Below, piece by piece: positions 14,593 to 25,049 of a stretch of DNA of 64,000 nt. The translations under genes were made by a program, and so were the position numbers. The number at the start of each line of letters is the position of its first letter. Position 1 is the stretch's first letter. The notes beneath the pieces are model-generated. The model saw only the letters and a list, made by a program, of their open reading frames with translations. It searched no databases and was not told the origin of the DNA. Source of the DNA: Podarcis gaigeae (taxonomy: Eukaryota); NCBI GenBank assembly GCA_964106915.2, contig OZ066928.1; one strand, given 5' to 3'.

Positions 14593-14724
14593 CAGTGTTT
14601 CCCAAACTTGGGTCCCCCAGCTGTTTTTTGGACTACCAGCATCCCTAGCTAGCAGGACCAGTGGTCAGGGATGATGTGAACTGTAGTCCCAAAACAGCTG
14701 GAGACCCAAACATGGGAAACGCTG
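14593..14724. mobile_element. Palindromic (hairpin) MITE, ggactac...gtagtcc family
   Basis: Nested inverted repeats cagtgtttcccaaacttgggtc...gacccaaacatgggaaacgctg with inner ggactac/gtagtcc. Related copies lie near 4280, 14178, 18030, 25873, 29370, 34548 and 54387. Confidence 0.75.
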
Positions 14725-15834
14725 CCTGGGGCATTAGAAAATCCTTGATTGCAGAAACACTAATGGCTTGGTATGGGCGTGTTTCTTTTTTCTTGCTAGG
14801 AATGCCTTCGCTGGCAGTTTGAAATTTATTTTATTTCATTCCTGTTAGAATGTATTGTTTATCATCAGTGTTTGTGCCATCTCGGTCCTAATCTTTGTGG
14901 CCTAATGGCAGCCTCTGCCTGACTGCTTGAGAGCTCCGGTGACCTTGCTGAGTTTTATTTGTTTTGTTTCCTTGGGAGGTGGTGGACCCAGTAAAAGAAC
15001 TGTTGAAAGATGCTGAAAGCTGCTGGCTTTCAGGTAGAGGAATGTGGAAAGGTTTCACTCCTCATACCTTTAAGGAGATTGAGTAAGTACTCTGCTCTGC
15101 TGGCTCCAAGAGTTCTTTATTCTATTTTTTTTTGTAATCTCTGCTTGTTGCTGCTGCTAAACAGTTAGATGATATGAGAGCTTAACCTTTTTGAACCTGG
15201 ATTCTTCTGAGTGTAGGTCACTTGGAACAGAAAGTGACTGGATTTCTTTTCTTCAAATTTTTGTTTGTATAACTTCCACAGCATGTGTGGAAAGGGCTTC
15301 GGGACAGAAAAATAAAACCCCACCCTGAAAAAGGCCCATGCAAACACAGAGGAAACAAGACCATCCTAAAGCAAAGCTACTATATGGGTACAACAGCAAC
15401 TAATAGTACTAGTACTATGAGTAGTAATAATGGTAGTAGTATTAATACAGCAACATCAGGAGGGCCAGAGGTCTCTTAAAAGATACATTGGGTAGATGTG
15501 AAAGGTATTAGCCTTCGCATTTTTAGAAATGTATATTTTAGTGTGGCAGCACTCACTCTTTGGGACTCATTGTTGGCATCAGGCAAACACCTTCACTGTG
15601 CTCTTTTCAGTGAAAATATGTGTCTTACCAAGCCTATCCAGACATGTAGGAATTTGACGTGTGTTTTAATCTGGTTTTTACCTTAGCATTGATTTTACTC
15701 ATTTTTGAATGTTTTAAATTGTTTTTAACAACAATGACCAATGGCTCATCTAGTCCAGCACTATGTTCTGACAGTGGTCAAGAGCATGCCCTAATTGGAA
15801 GCACCCAAGCAGGACCCAACTCATGATTCCCAGC

Positions 15835-16182
15835 CAGTGTTAGAAATTCAGATATATATAAGCCAGGCACCAAATGGCTTCTTAAACCAGGATGGCTCCT
15901 TAAGCCCAAACAGAATGCCTAGTTGCCATTTTGGGGCCAGGCGGCTCAAAAGTTGTATTTTTCAATAGGACTTTTCAGTTCCTGAAATTCATTCCGAATG
16001 TGCAGATAAAATATAACAGATAGAATTCTACAGAATGTCTTGCTAGTGTGTGAAAACAGGATCCACATGTACCTCCAAATGGTAGAGACGTCAGGTGCCA
16101 ATCCTGGTGTCCAGGCATCTTCACTTGGTTGTAAGTGGCTACTAGCCAGGTGCAAAATTCACTTGCTGAATTTCAAATGCTG
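15835..16182. mobile_element. Non-autonomous DNA transposon inserted into a CR1 fragment
   Basis: Imperfect TIRs cagtgttagaaattcag / ctgaatttcaaatgctg. Flanks share tcccagc, and the CR1-like sequence resumes after the insert. Confidence 0.6.
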
Positions 16183-16969
16183 TATCCCAGCAATGGATAT
16201 TCAGAGACATATCACCCTTGACGGTGGCGGGTTGCTGGCCATCACTGCCTCCATTGTTTTAACTATGGAGTGGCAGTCATCCTTCCTGCACTTGCACTGG
16301 GCTTTGAAGGACCTCCAGAGGGAAGTGCAGCTGCGGGGGACTCCTAGATTATATCTACACCTCCAGACTTGGGGTTGTGGGGAAGGGGGGCACAGGATTG
16401 GCCCCGTGCTCACTGGGAGACATAACCTGGTGTCAGGAACCAGTACCTCATTCCTGTGCATATTTAGTTATAAGCTGGTCCTCCAAAGCTTGATGGGGCT
16501 TGCCCCCATGTTCATAGGGCGGCAGCAAGCATGGTTTCGTGGGACCAAAACCCATTGGGACTTACTTCCAAGTGGACATACATGGGGCTGTCTTTAAGGG
16601 TGAGAGCAGGATATTGGTTACCAACCAAAATTTGTAGAACTCTGATATTTGTATAGGGCCTTATCTGTTCAAAGTGCTTCTCAATAGTCTTCATGAGAAA
16701 GGTGTTGACCATTAATATCCCCATATTACCGATGTGTGTATCAGAGGTGGAGAGATAAGATCTCAGAAAGAATACCTATGGCTGCCTAGTGAGCATTCAC
16801 ACTGAAGTGTAGGAGGAGGTCACAGCACATATTTGGCATGCAGAAGGAAATTAAAAGTTCCCGAGTTCTTTGAGAGTTGCTGTCAACGAAGACTTGCATC
16901 CAGTTCAGTGCTAATTAAGCATCCCGTCAGCACAAGGATTTCTTCATGTGCAGTGGGACTTGCCCCCAT

Positions 16970-17113
16970 GGCATGGCCAGCACAGTTGGTTAGTGTGTGT
17001 TACTAAGGATGCCAAGGTTGCAGGTTTCATCCTCGTTTGGGGCAGCTGCATATTCCTGTGTTGCAGGGGGTTGGACTAAATAATCCTCAGGGTCTCTTCC
17101 AACTCTACGATTC
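16970..17113 (+). mobile_element. SINE with tRNA-Ile(AAT)-like head and CR1 3' tail
   Basis: Head agcacagttggttagtgtgtgttactaaggatgccaaggttgcaggtttcatcctcgt parallels tRNA-Ile(AAT). It is followed by attcctgtgttgcagggggttggacta...ccaactctacgattc. Confidence 0.65.
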
Positions 17114-17350
17114 CTCCTGCTTGCCTCTCTCCCCCCCAAACTATTCTGAGGCTTTCCCCCAATCTCCTAGATCATATTTGGGGAGAGTACAGGGTGCATG
17201 TTTGAGCATGGAGGGGGGAGAGGAGGAAAATCTCATTGTGCATAAGGGAATCCTTGCACTGACAATGGGATGCTTACTTAGCACTCTGTTGGATACAAGC
17301 CCAGGGATGTTTCAGTTTAATAACCCCCTAGATGAACTAATTTCTAGATG

Positions 17351-17683
17351 CAGTATACCTGAAGGAGCGTCTCCACCCTCATCGTTCTACCTGGACAGTG
17401 AGGTCCAGTTCTGAGGGCCTTCTGGTGGTTTCCTCCCTGCGAGAAACCAAGTTACAGGAAACCAGGCAGAGGGCCTTCTCGGTAGTGGCACCCGCCCTGT
17501 GGAACGTCCTCCCACCAGATGTCAAAGAGAAAAACAACTACCAGACTTTTAGAAGACATATGAAGGCAGCTCTCTTTAGGGAAGCTTTTAATATTTAACA
17601 GATTATTGTATTTTAATATTCTGTTGGAAGCCACCCAGAATGGCTGGGGAAACCCAGCCAGATGGGAGGGGTATAAATAATAA

Positions 17684-17737
<54 letters not shown>

Positions 17738-17738
17738 T
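17351..17738 (+). mobile_element. L2 LINE 3' fragment with (TTA)n tail
   Basis: Encodes RQRAFSVVAPALWNVLPPDVKE...; same family as 11161-12700 but in the opposite orientation. Confidence 0.9.
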
Positions 17739-18775
17739 AATTATAGATAAGAACATAAAACCAGGCCAATGGCCCACCCGGTCCAGCATCCATCCTGTTC
17801 TCACAGCAGCCAAGCAAATGCCAATGGTAATGGAAATCCCCCAAGTGGGACTTGAGCATATTACCTTTCTTCCCTCCTGCAGCCTCCAGCCACTGGTACT
17901 CAAGAGGCGTTGCTGCCTCCAGCTGTGAAGGCAGAGCAGAGCCATTGTGGATAGTTGCCATCAATAGTTGTCTCCCCCATCTAAGTTGGTGGCCATTACT
18001 GCCTCCTGTGGGACTTGAGTTCCATAGTTTCATCCCCAAATGTTTTGGACTACAACTCCCATCAACCCGGACTGAGGCTTCTGGGAACTGTAGTCCAGAA
18101 CCAAGCAAACTGCTGAAGTGCATTTGCAATGTGAAAGAAAGGAAGCTCCTTTTGCACTAGCTGTTGTGATCAACACAGGAGAATTTCCATTATGCTTCGC
18201 TTCTGGTTAGAGGAAAGGACACCCACAGCATAATTAATAGCCTATTTCTCCATGGTTCATGTCTATTGTCTGTATGCTAGTGTCAAATGTTCTGGCCTAA
18301 AGAGAGAGGCTTGCCCTGTGTAGACAGACTCTTCCTCCCTGCTTGCTGTTTCTTGTAGCTCTGGCACAGCTTGAAATATCCACGGGTCATGGCCTGGCTT
18401 GTTTACAAGCAGTCATCTAATATACAATCCAGTGGTGGCTACCCAAAGGAAAAATAAATAAACATGAGTTTAAACCAGATGTTGTGCGGGTCCCCCCGCC
18501 CCAAGCACTGAGCATAGGATGGGCAACACCCCTCTCTTGAGCACATCTCCATCTCACTTCCCGTCACCTCTCCCCTTCCTGTACTACAGGAATGCAGGAC
18601 TTTGGACCGTCAAATGTGATCCTCCAGTACTTAGTGTCTAGCCCTGCTTTGCCCCACACTCGATGCTTGAGGGCTTCTGCCTGCAGGAAATGTGCTGTTG
18701 ACTTCTGATAATGCTTCTTGCTTGCCTGAGGGGGAGAGAGAGAGAAGGAAGAAACTAGCCTACTGATGGCTAGAG

Positions 18776-19043
18776 CAGGGGTCAGCAACCTAAGGCCCAT
18801 GGGCTGGAAGCGGCCTGTAGAGGTCGTTTGACCGGTCCACAAGCCACCACTGAGCTACCCACCCACGCCCTGTGCTAAACCGGTGCAGCGTGGTATGGGA
18901 ACTCACTTCTGTGGCACCGAAAATCATGTCTGTGCATGTGCAGATGCTGAAAATCGCGTCTGCGCAGACACTGAAAATCATGGGTGTGCACGCTCATGCA
19001 CACGCGTGATCTGGCCCAGGCAAGATAAACCTTGCTGACCCTG
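18776..19043. mobile_element. hAT (Charlie-like) MITE inserted into the head of a tRNA-derived SINE
   Basis: TIRs caggggtcagcaa / ttgctgaccctg; 8-bp TSD ggctagag at 18768-18775 and 19044-19051. Confidence 0.88.
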
Positions 19044-19255
19044 GGCTAGAGTGTCTGGAACCTGGAAGACTAGGGTTCAAATCCTCACTTGGCCTTGAAG
19101 CTCACTGGGTGATCTTCGGGCAGTCACTGCCTCTCAGCCTAGCCTGCCTCAGAGGGTTGTTGTGGAGATTGAACGAGGAGGAGGAGATTGAACATAGGCC
19201 ACCATGATCTCCTTGGTCGGGTGGGGGAAGCAGGATAGAAAGGCAATAATTAAAT
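19044..19255 (+). mobile_element. MIR-like/CORE-type tRNA-derived SINE (remainder after the hAT insertion)
   Basis: B box ggttcaaatcc, then gctcactgggtgatc...ctctcagcctagcctgcctcagagggttgttgtg; same family as 33749-33978. Confidence 0.65.
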
Positions 19256-20334
19256 ACAGGCAGTCTTACAGTTGTTGCTCTGCCCGCTTCTGCCTCTGGC
19301 CCACTGGATGAAAACGTCTCCACATGGCTGCCGCAGGATGTGAACAGAAGTGTCTTTAAGAGGGTCGGCCACAGCATGTGAAGGAGCATAGTGAAATGTG
19401 GGCGTGCACATAGGGCACCGCCCATTGGGAGCATGCCTGTGAATATTAGTAGCTAGTTCATGTGGAAATGAAAGTGCCAGGGCTCTTAACTATGACCTGC
19501 AAATGGCACACACACACACACAAAAGCATTTGACAGTAGCTGAAACATTGGTGGCAGCCCATTCATCAGGTGAAGTGGATCATGCTCTAGACCAGGCAGC
19601 TGCTGCCTTTTCCCTGCTCCCTTGATTCCTAGGCAGGGCTGCGAGTCTGGCCTTAGTCAGCATGATCTAATTGTGCCGGCTTCTCCCACAGGATTGCCCT
19701 GCCAGCTGGGCGTTCCCTGGCCTCTCCCTGGCCTCGTGGTTTACTCCCTTGTCATGGCATCCGATTGCATTCAGAAAGCAAAAGCCAACGCTTAACTAAT
19801 TTGTGATTAATGCCTCCCTTGAGTGAACAAATAGCAACATTGTCAACAAGACAATGTCAGCAGTCTTTTGGGTGGGTTCCCTGTAAGCACGCTTAGAAGC
19901 AAGTTCCGAGTATGACTTTTTAAAAATCAGATAGTTGCAGGTTATGCCACAGCTGCTAGGATGCTGATTTCATAGTTTCTCAGACTGCACCAGATTTAAT
20001 GGACGTTGGAAAGGTGTTTTGTTAGCAGTAGCTAAACCTCTAGTCAACTCAGAGTAAAGTAGCCCACAATGGAGGTTCTTAATGCTAAGGCATCAGGATC
20101 TGGTATGTTTTCTAGTCTGTTCTAATATAAGTATTGGGGAGGAATTGCAGCCGGCTGGCTGGAGCACTTACTCTGCATGCAGAAAGTTCAAAGGCTCCAT
20201 TGTTAGGTGATGGGCAAGAGCCTTCTCCAGGGACTCGGGCAGAACACAAGAAGTGTGCTGCAGAATCAGTCACAGGCCCATCTAGTCCAGCATCATGTTA
20301 TAGTGACCAGCCAGAGAACAGCTGCCGGTCAAAG

Positions 20335-20479
20335 GAATCATAGAACTGTAGAGCTGGAAGGGACCACGAGGGCCGTCTAGTCCCAACTCCCTGCAATGAA
20401 GGAATCTTTTTGCCCAACGTGGGGCTCAAACCCACGACGCTGAGATTAAGAGTTTTCTTTACCCACTGAGCTATCCCAG
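20335..20479 (-). mobile_element. SINE with tRNA-Lys(CTT)-like head and CR1 3' tail
   Basis: Reverse complement gggatagctcagtggg...actcttaatctcagcgtcgtgggtttgagccccacgttgggca matches tRNA-Lys(CTT), then aaaag + attcc...ctctacagttctatgattc. Confidence 0.82.
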
Positions 20480-20995
20480 GGGTGGGGGATCTCTGGCTCT
20501 GAGAGCCACTCCTGAGTTTTTGTGCACCACTTTGAGCACAGACCTATTTGTAGAAAATGCAGTAGATTAATTAATTGACTATGGCTCTGACTGTGCTGCT
20601 GAGTCTGCATGCCGTTCGTTTGCCCTAATCTAACAAGTGTTAGAAAGCAAGAAGAATGTGTAAGCGGCTATTCATTTAAGGGACTTTGGCTAGAGCAGAG
20701 AATGGAAGTGTTGAACAGGGAAAAGGAAGTGCAAAGATTATGGAATAAAACACGGAGGGTGTGGATGAAAAAATGCAGAAGGGAAGATGCTCTTGAGCTC
20801 TGGGACTGAGCCATAGCTCAGTTGCAGAGCACATTTCTTGCATGCAGAAGGTCCCAGGTTCAGTGCTCAGCATCTCTGGGTGAGACCCCTCTCTGAATCC
20901 TTGGAGAACTGCTGTCTGTCAGTGCAGACACTACTGAGCTACATGGACCATTGGCAGCTTCCAGAGTGCCTGTCCATCACTATCCAAAATGATGG

Positions 20996-21143
20996 GAATC
21001 ACAGAATTGCAAGTTGGAAGGGACCCAGAGGGTCATCTTGTAGTTCAGTTTCCTGCAGTGCAGGAATCCTTCCCACAGCCATCCCTGGGAGGGCTTGAAC
21101 CACAAACCTTCTGGTTAACACTGACCCATTGTACCACCTGGGG
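20996..21143 (-). mobile_element. SINE with tRNA-Asn(GTT)-like head and CR1 3' tail
   Basis: Reverse complement gtgttaaccagaaggtttgtggttcaagccctcccagggatg parallels the anticodon arm to acceptor stem of tRNA-Asn(GTT), then attcctgcactgcagg...aattctgtgattc. Confidence 0.7.
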
Positions 21144-22306
21144 GTAATAGTGCTGCAGCACTTGGGAAATGTTTTGACCTGAAGGGAACTGAAGGGAGAA
21201 GCAGAATCCAGACCTGCATATGTGTCTCTTGCAGGACCAGGTGTGCACAAAGAGCCCCCCCAAAAGCAACTCAGCCAGTTAACACAGTGATTCCCAAGCC
21301 TTTCCCCATAAACCTGGTTCCATAAACTCATCCCCAGTGCCCCCTACCCTAGCCTGTAAAAAGCATTATTCAGAATAGCAGTTTGCACAACCTGCTAAGT
21401 GCAAGAGGAAAACAGAAAAGCCAAAACAGTAACAATTAATTGCACATTGATTCAGAATCCAATTAAAACTATTTCATTTAATTAATTCAGCAGATATGAT
21501 CCAGTGACACCAGCTTTTCGAAGTCTGATAGTCATTGACACCTCCAGCCCCCCTCTGCTGCCCACTTGCCTCTCCCTGCTCCCCAGGGCGGGGTGCATTG
21601 CTTTGGGAACCACTAAGTTAGAAGGTTGAAGGACGCTTTCATCTGCTCTCCACCCTTCAATCTTGTCCTGCAAGATCTTTTCTCTCTTTAAATAAGTTTT
21701 AAGGAACACTATAGCCAGTTAACTTCAGAATTATCTTTCAGCAACAAACAGAGCCTCTAGCACGGAAGGAATTTGATAAACAAGGAAGTAAATTAATCCT
21801 TCAGGCTTTGAAGGGACGATGGCAAAAAAAGAGCAGGAGATATTTAATCTGAAAACACCCTCCTCTCCTCTTACTGAGCTTATTGGAATGGGTGGTAGGA
21901 GCCAGCCCCATGAATAGAGGATCTTTCCCATCTGATGTCTCCTTCCCACATTAACTTTTGCTTCCCGAGAGGAAATATTCAGCTGCATTCCCACCAAACA
22001 TTTAAAGCAACACCCTTTCACTCTAGTTTACATTAATATGGCTTCCCCCAAAGAATCCTGGGAAGTCCAGTTTGTGAAGGGTACTGAGAATTGTTAGGAG
22101 ACTTCTATTCCCCTTCTAGAGCTATGGTTTCCAAAGTTTCCTGTGAAGAAGGGTTGGTTGTTAAACCACTCTGGGAATTGTTTAGGCGAGCCCATCAAGG
22201 CATGTAGAAATCTGACATTTGTTTTAAGCTGGTTTTTAGCTTTTATTTTAATTATTTTTGAATGTTGCAAAATGTTTTAAAATGTTTCCTTAATGGATGG
22301 ATGGAG

Positions 22307-22307
<1 letters not shown>

Positions 22308-22361
<54 letters not shown>
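22308..22361. repeat. (TA)n microsatellite
   Basis: Uninterrupted TA run of ~54 nt. Confidence 0.95.
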
Positions 22362-22363
<2 letters not shown>

Positions 22364-23622
22364 TGTTTTACCTTTCACAAAATGTTTTGAGGTTACAACT
22401 GAGCAGTATATGTAAATTTTGAGAAATAAGCCAATAAAGTAGCGGAAAGGGAAGTTGGAATGATTCCATCACAGCCAGAAAAGTTTGGGGACTTTCCTGT
22501 GCTCACATGCAAATGAAGAGCCCCTGCATCAACTGGGAGCTTCCCTGTGACACAAGATTTGTGGGACTTGCAACTGAGAGGAGCCAATGCTTTGTTGCAC
22601 CAATGATACTCTCTGTGGTCTGCATGTGATGGATGAATACAGGATGCTAGGGGCTCTCCCCTATCGACTTTGCTGCTGCTTCCTGCAGAGTAATCCTCTA
22701 CCATGTGGAAGTTGAGTTTCTCTCTCAAACAGGCTTCAGAAAAGGGCTCGGTGGCTCATAAAACTCTATTCTGCTCTGCCTAGAGCTGAAAACTGACCCT
22801 TGAACCCACATCCCAATTGCTGCACCCTCTAAGCAGGCTTCTGTGGCGCTCTGGGTGGGGGCACGACTCCTCCAGAGCCTCTTTTCTTCCATTTTAAAAC
22901 AGCAGAAGTGGTTTTATTAGTGCTCTCTGCTTTCAGAAACAGGAGCTGACCTCGCTCTCTCCGTGTTTAATAGAGTCAACGAAGCATTGCTAACCATTGC
23001 ATGCATCTTTCTCTCCACCCTGCCCCTCTTTCTGTCCCCCAAAAGGACTTGAAAAGCCAACAGCAGTGATTTCCACTTGGTGTCTGCTGTGATTTTACTG
23101 TGTTCCTGGCTCCTGGCGACCGCCCCCCACGCAAGACAATATATAGGTAAGGCGAACCATGTGGTGCTTTAACTTGTTTGTATATTTATCACAGCGGTTC
23201 TCCAAGGAGGAGGAAGAGACCATGGCAATGCCTGCTTTTCTTCCTCCCACCACACATTCTGCATCCTCACAACAAATCCTGCTTAGAGAAACTCAGAAAC
23301 TGTATGGCTGGGTTCAAATTCATAGAAAATGGGGCTATGAATTAGGCATGAGGACTGTTGCTCTGCCTTCACTGTTGGAGGCAGCCATGCTTCTGAACAC
23401 CAGTTGCCAGAAAACACAGGTGAGGAGAGGGCTCTTGTGTGCCAATCCTGCTTGTGGGCTTTTTCCCATTGGGGCATCTGGTTGGCCACTGTGAGAACAG
23501 GATGCTGGACTAGATGGGCCATTGACTTGATTCCAGCAGGGCCCTTTTTTCTTTCTTAGCCTTGACATTCTAACTGAACCACGTGCTGGGGCTTGCCTTT
23601 CCAGTTTCCCCCCTCTTGCTTT

Positions 23623-24011
23623 TCATAGAATCATAGAGTTGGAAGAGACCACAAGGGCCATCGAGTCCAACCCCCTGCCAAGCAGGAAACACCATCAGAG
23701 CACTCCTGACATATGGTTGTCAAGCCTCTGCTTAAAGACCTCCAAAGAAGGAGACTCCACCACACTCCTTGGCAGCAAATTCCACTGTCAAACAGCTCTT
23801 ACTGTCAGGAAGTTCTTCCTAATGTTTAGGTGGAATCTTCTTTCTTGTAGTTTGGATCCATTGCTCCGTGTCTGCTTCTCTGGAGCAGCAGAAAACAACC
23901 TTTCTCCCTCCTCTATGTGACATCCTTTTAGATATTTGAACATGGCTATCATATCACCCCTTAACCTCCTCTTCTCCAGGCTAAACATGCCCAGCTCCCT
24001 TAGCCGTTCCT
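23623..24011 (-). mobile_element. Young CR1 LINE 3' fragment
   Basis: - strand [26 protein letters not shown]...RFHLNIRKNFLTVRAV (CR1 ORF2 C-terminus) with an attctatga tail. Nearly identical to 37307-37690. Confidence 0.92.
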
Positions 24012-24680
24012 GGTTTTCCCTGATAAAGGTTGCTTTCATTCCCCAACATGGGTGCACCAGAAGTAACTCTAGCTCACACTAGTAGCATTGTGTGGTTGGC
24101 CTGCTGAGACATGAGAGCTGCATCAGCTGGTGAGGCTTGCTCACAACGATCTCTTCACACCAGCAAATGGGAACGCCGGTTCCAGTTGCGGCTGAAGTCT
24201 TCCTGTGCTCTGCTCACCTGCAGTTTCTCCCCACCTTCTCTAGTCCCTCCCCCTGGGTGCTTCTCCTTAACTTGTGTTTAAACTGTGGGTGTGTTCCTCA
24301 GGTTTTTAGCAGCTGGTGAAATAAAACCTCAGCTATTGACTCATTCACTTCCATTAGTCAGTTTAAATGGTGTGTGGACTTAAAACAGACAGTCCCCGAG
24401 GTGAATTGATGCATCCAGACCAGCAGACACTTGGTCCGGACTGTTACGCATCTGAATTAGAGCCAGCCAAGGTTGGCTGATGTTCAGGTTTTGTTGTTGT
24501 TGTTGCATGGCTATTCTGTTGCATGTAGGCAGGTGCTCTCAGCCTTTCCACAGTGCTGGAGAGTGAGGAGTGCCAGAATATGGAAAACACTTTATCATTG
24601 CCTTTTTCTTTTCCTCTTGCAACTATTGTATAGTGATTTGCCTTCGCTACATCACTGTGTGTGTATGTGTGTATTATATA

Positions 24681-24975
24681 AAGGTAAAGGACTCCTGACA
24701 GTTAAGTCCAGTTGCGGACGACTCTGGGGTCACGGTGCTCAGCATGACTAAGCCGCTTCTGGCGAACCAGAGCAGCACACAGAAACACCATTTACCTTCC
24801 CACAGGAGCAGAACCTATTTATCTACTTGCACTTGACGTGCTTTTGAACTGCTAGGTGAGCAAGGAGCTGGGACCGAACAACAGGAGCTCACCCCGTTGC
24901 GGGGATTCGAACCACTGGCCTTCTGATCAGCAAGCCCTAGGCCCAGTGGTTTAGATCACAGCGCCACCCACGTCC
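24681..24975 (-). mobile_element. Sauria SINE, internally deleted
   Basis: tRNA-like head (tggcgctgtg A box, ggttcgaatcc B box on - strand) at the right end and an (ACCTTT)-type tail at the left. Followed by a (TA)n run at ~24985-25037. Confidence 0.88.
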
Positions 24976-24979
24976 TGTG

Positions 24980-25049
<70 letters not shown>

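Noticed and set aside
11124-17781. Treating the segment bounded by the 42-nt inverted repeat as a composite DNA transposon
   Set aside because: There is no target-site duplication and no transposase, and the right repeat continues seamlessly into a CR1 fragment.
3877-24343. AP-1 (TGACTCA/TGAGTCA) cluster in intron 1 at 3877, 4026, 5604, 8965, 12848 and 24337
   Set aside because: About 3-4 are expected by chance in 30 kb; six noted by eye is not convincing without chromatin data.
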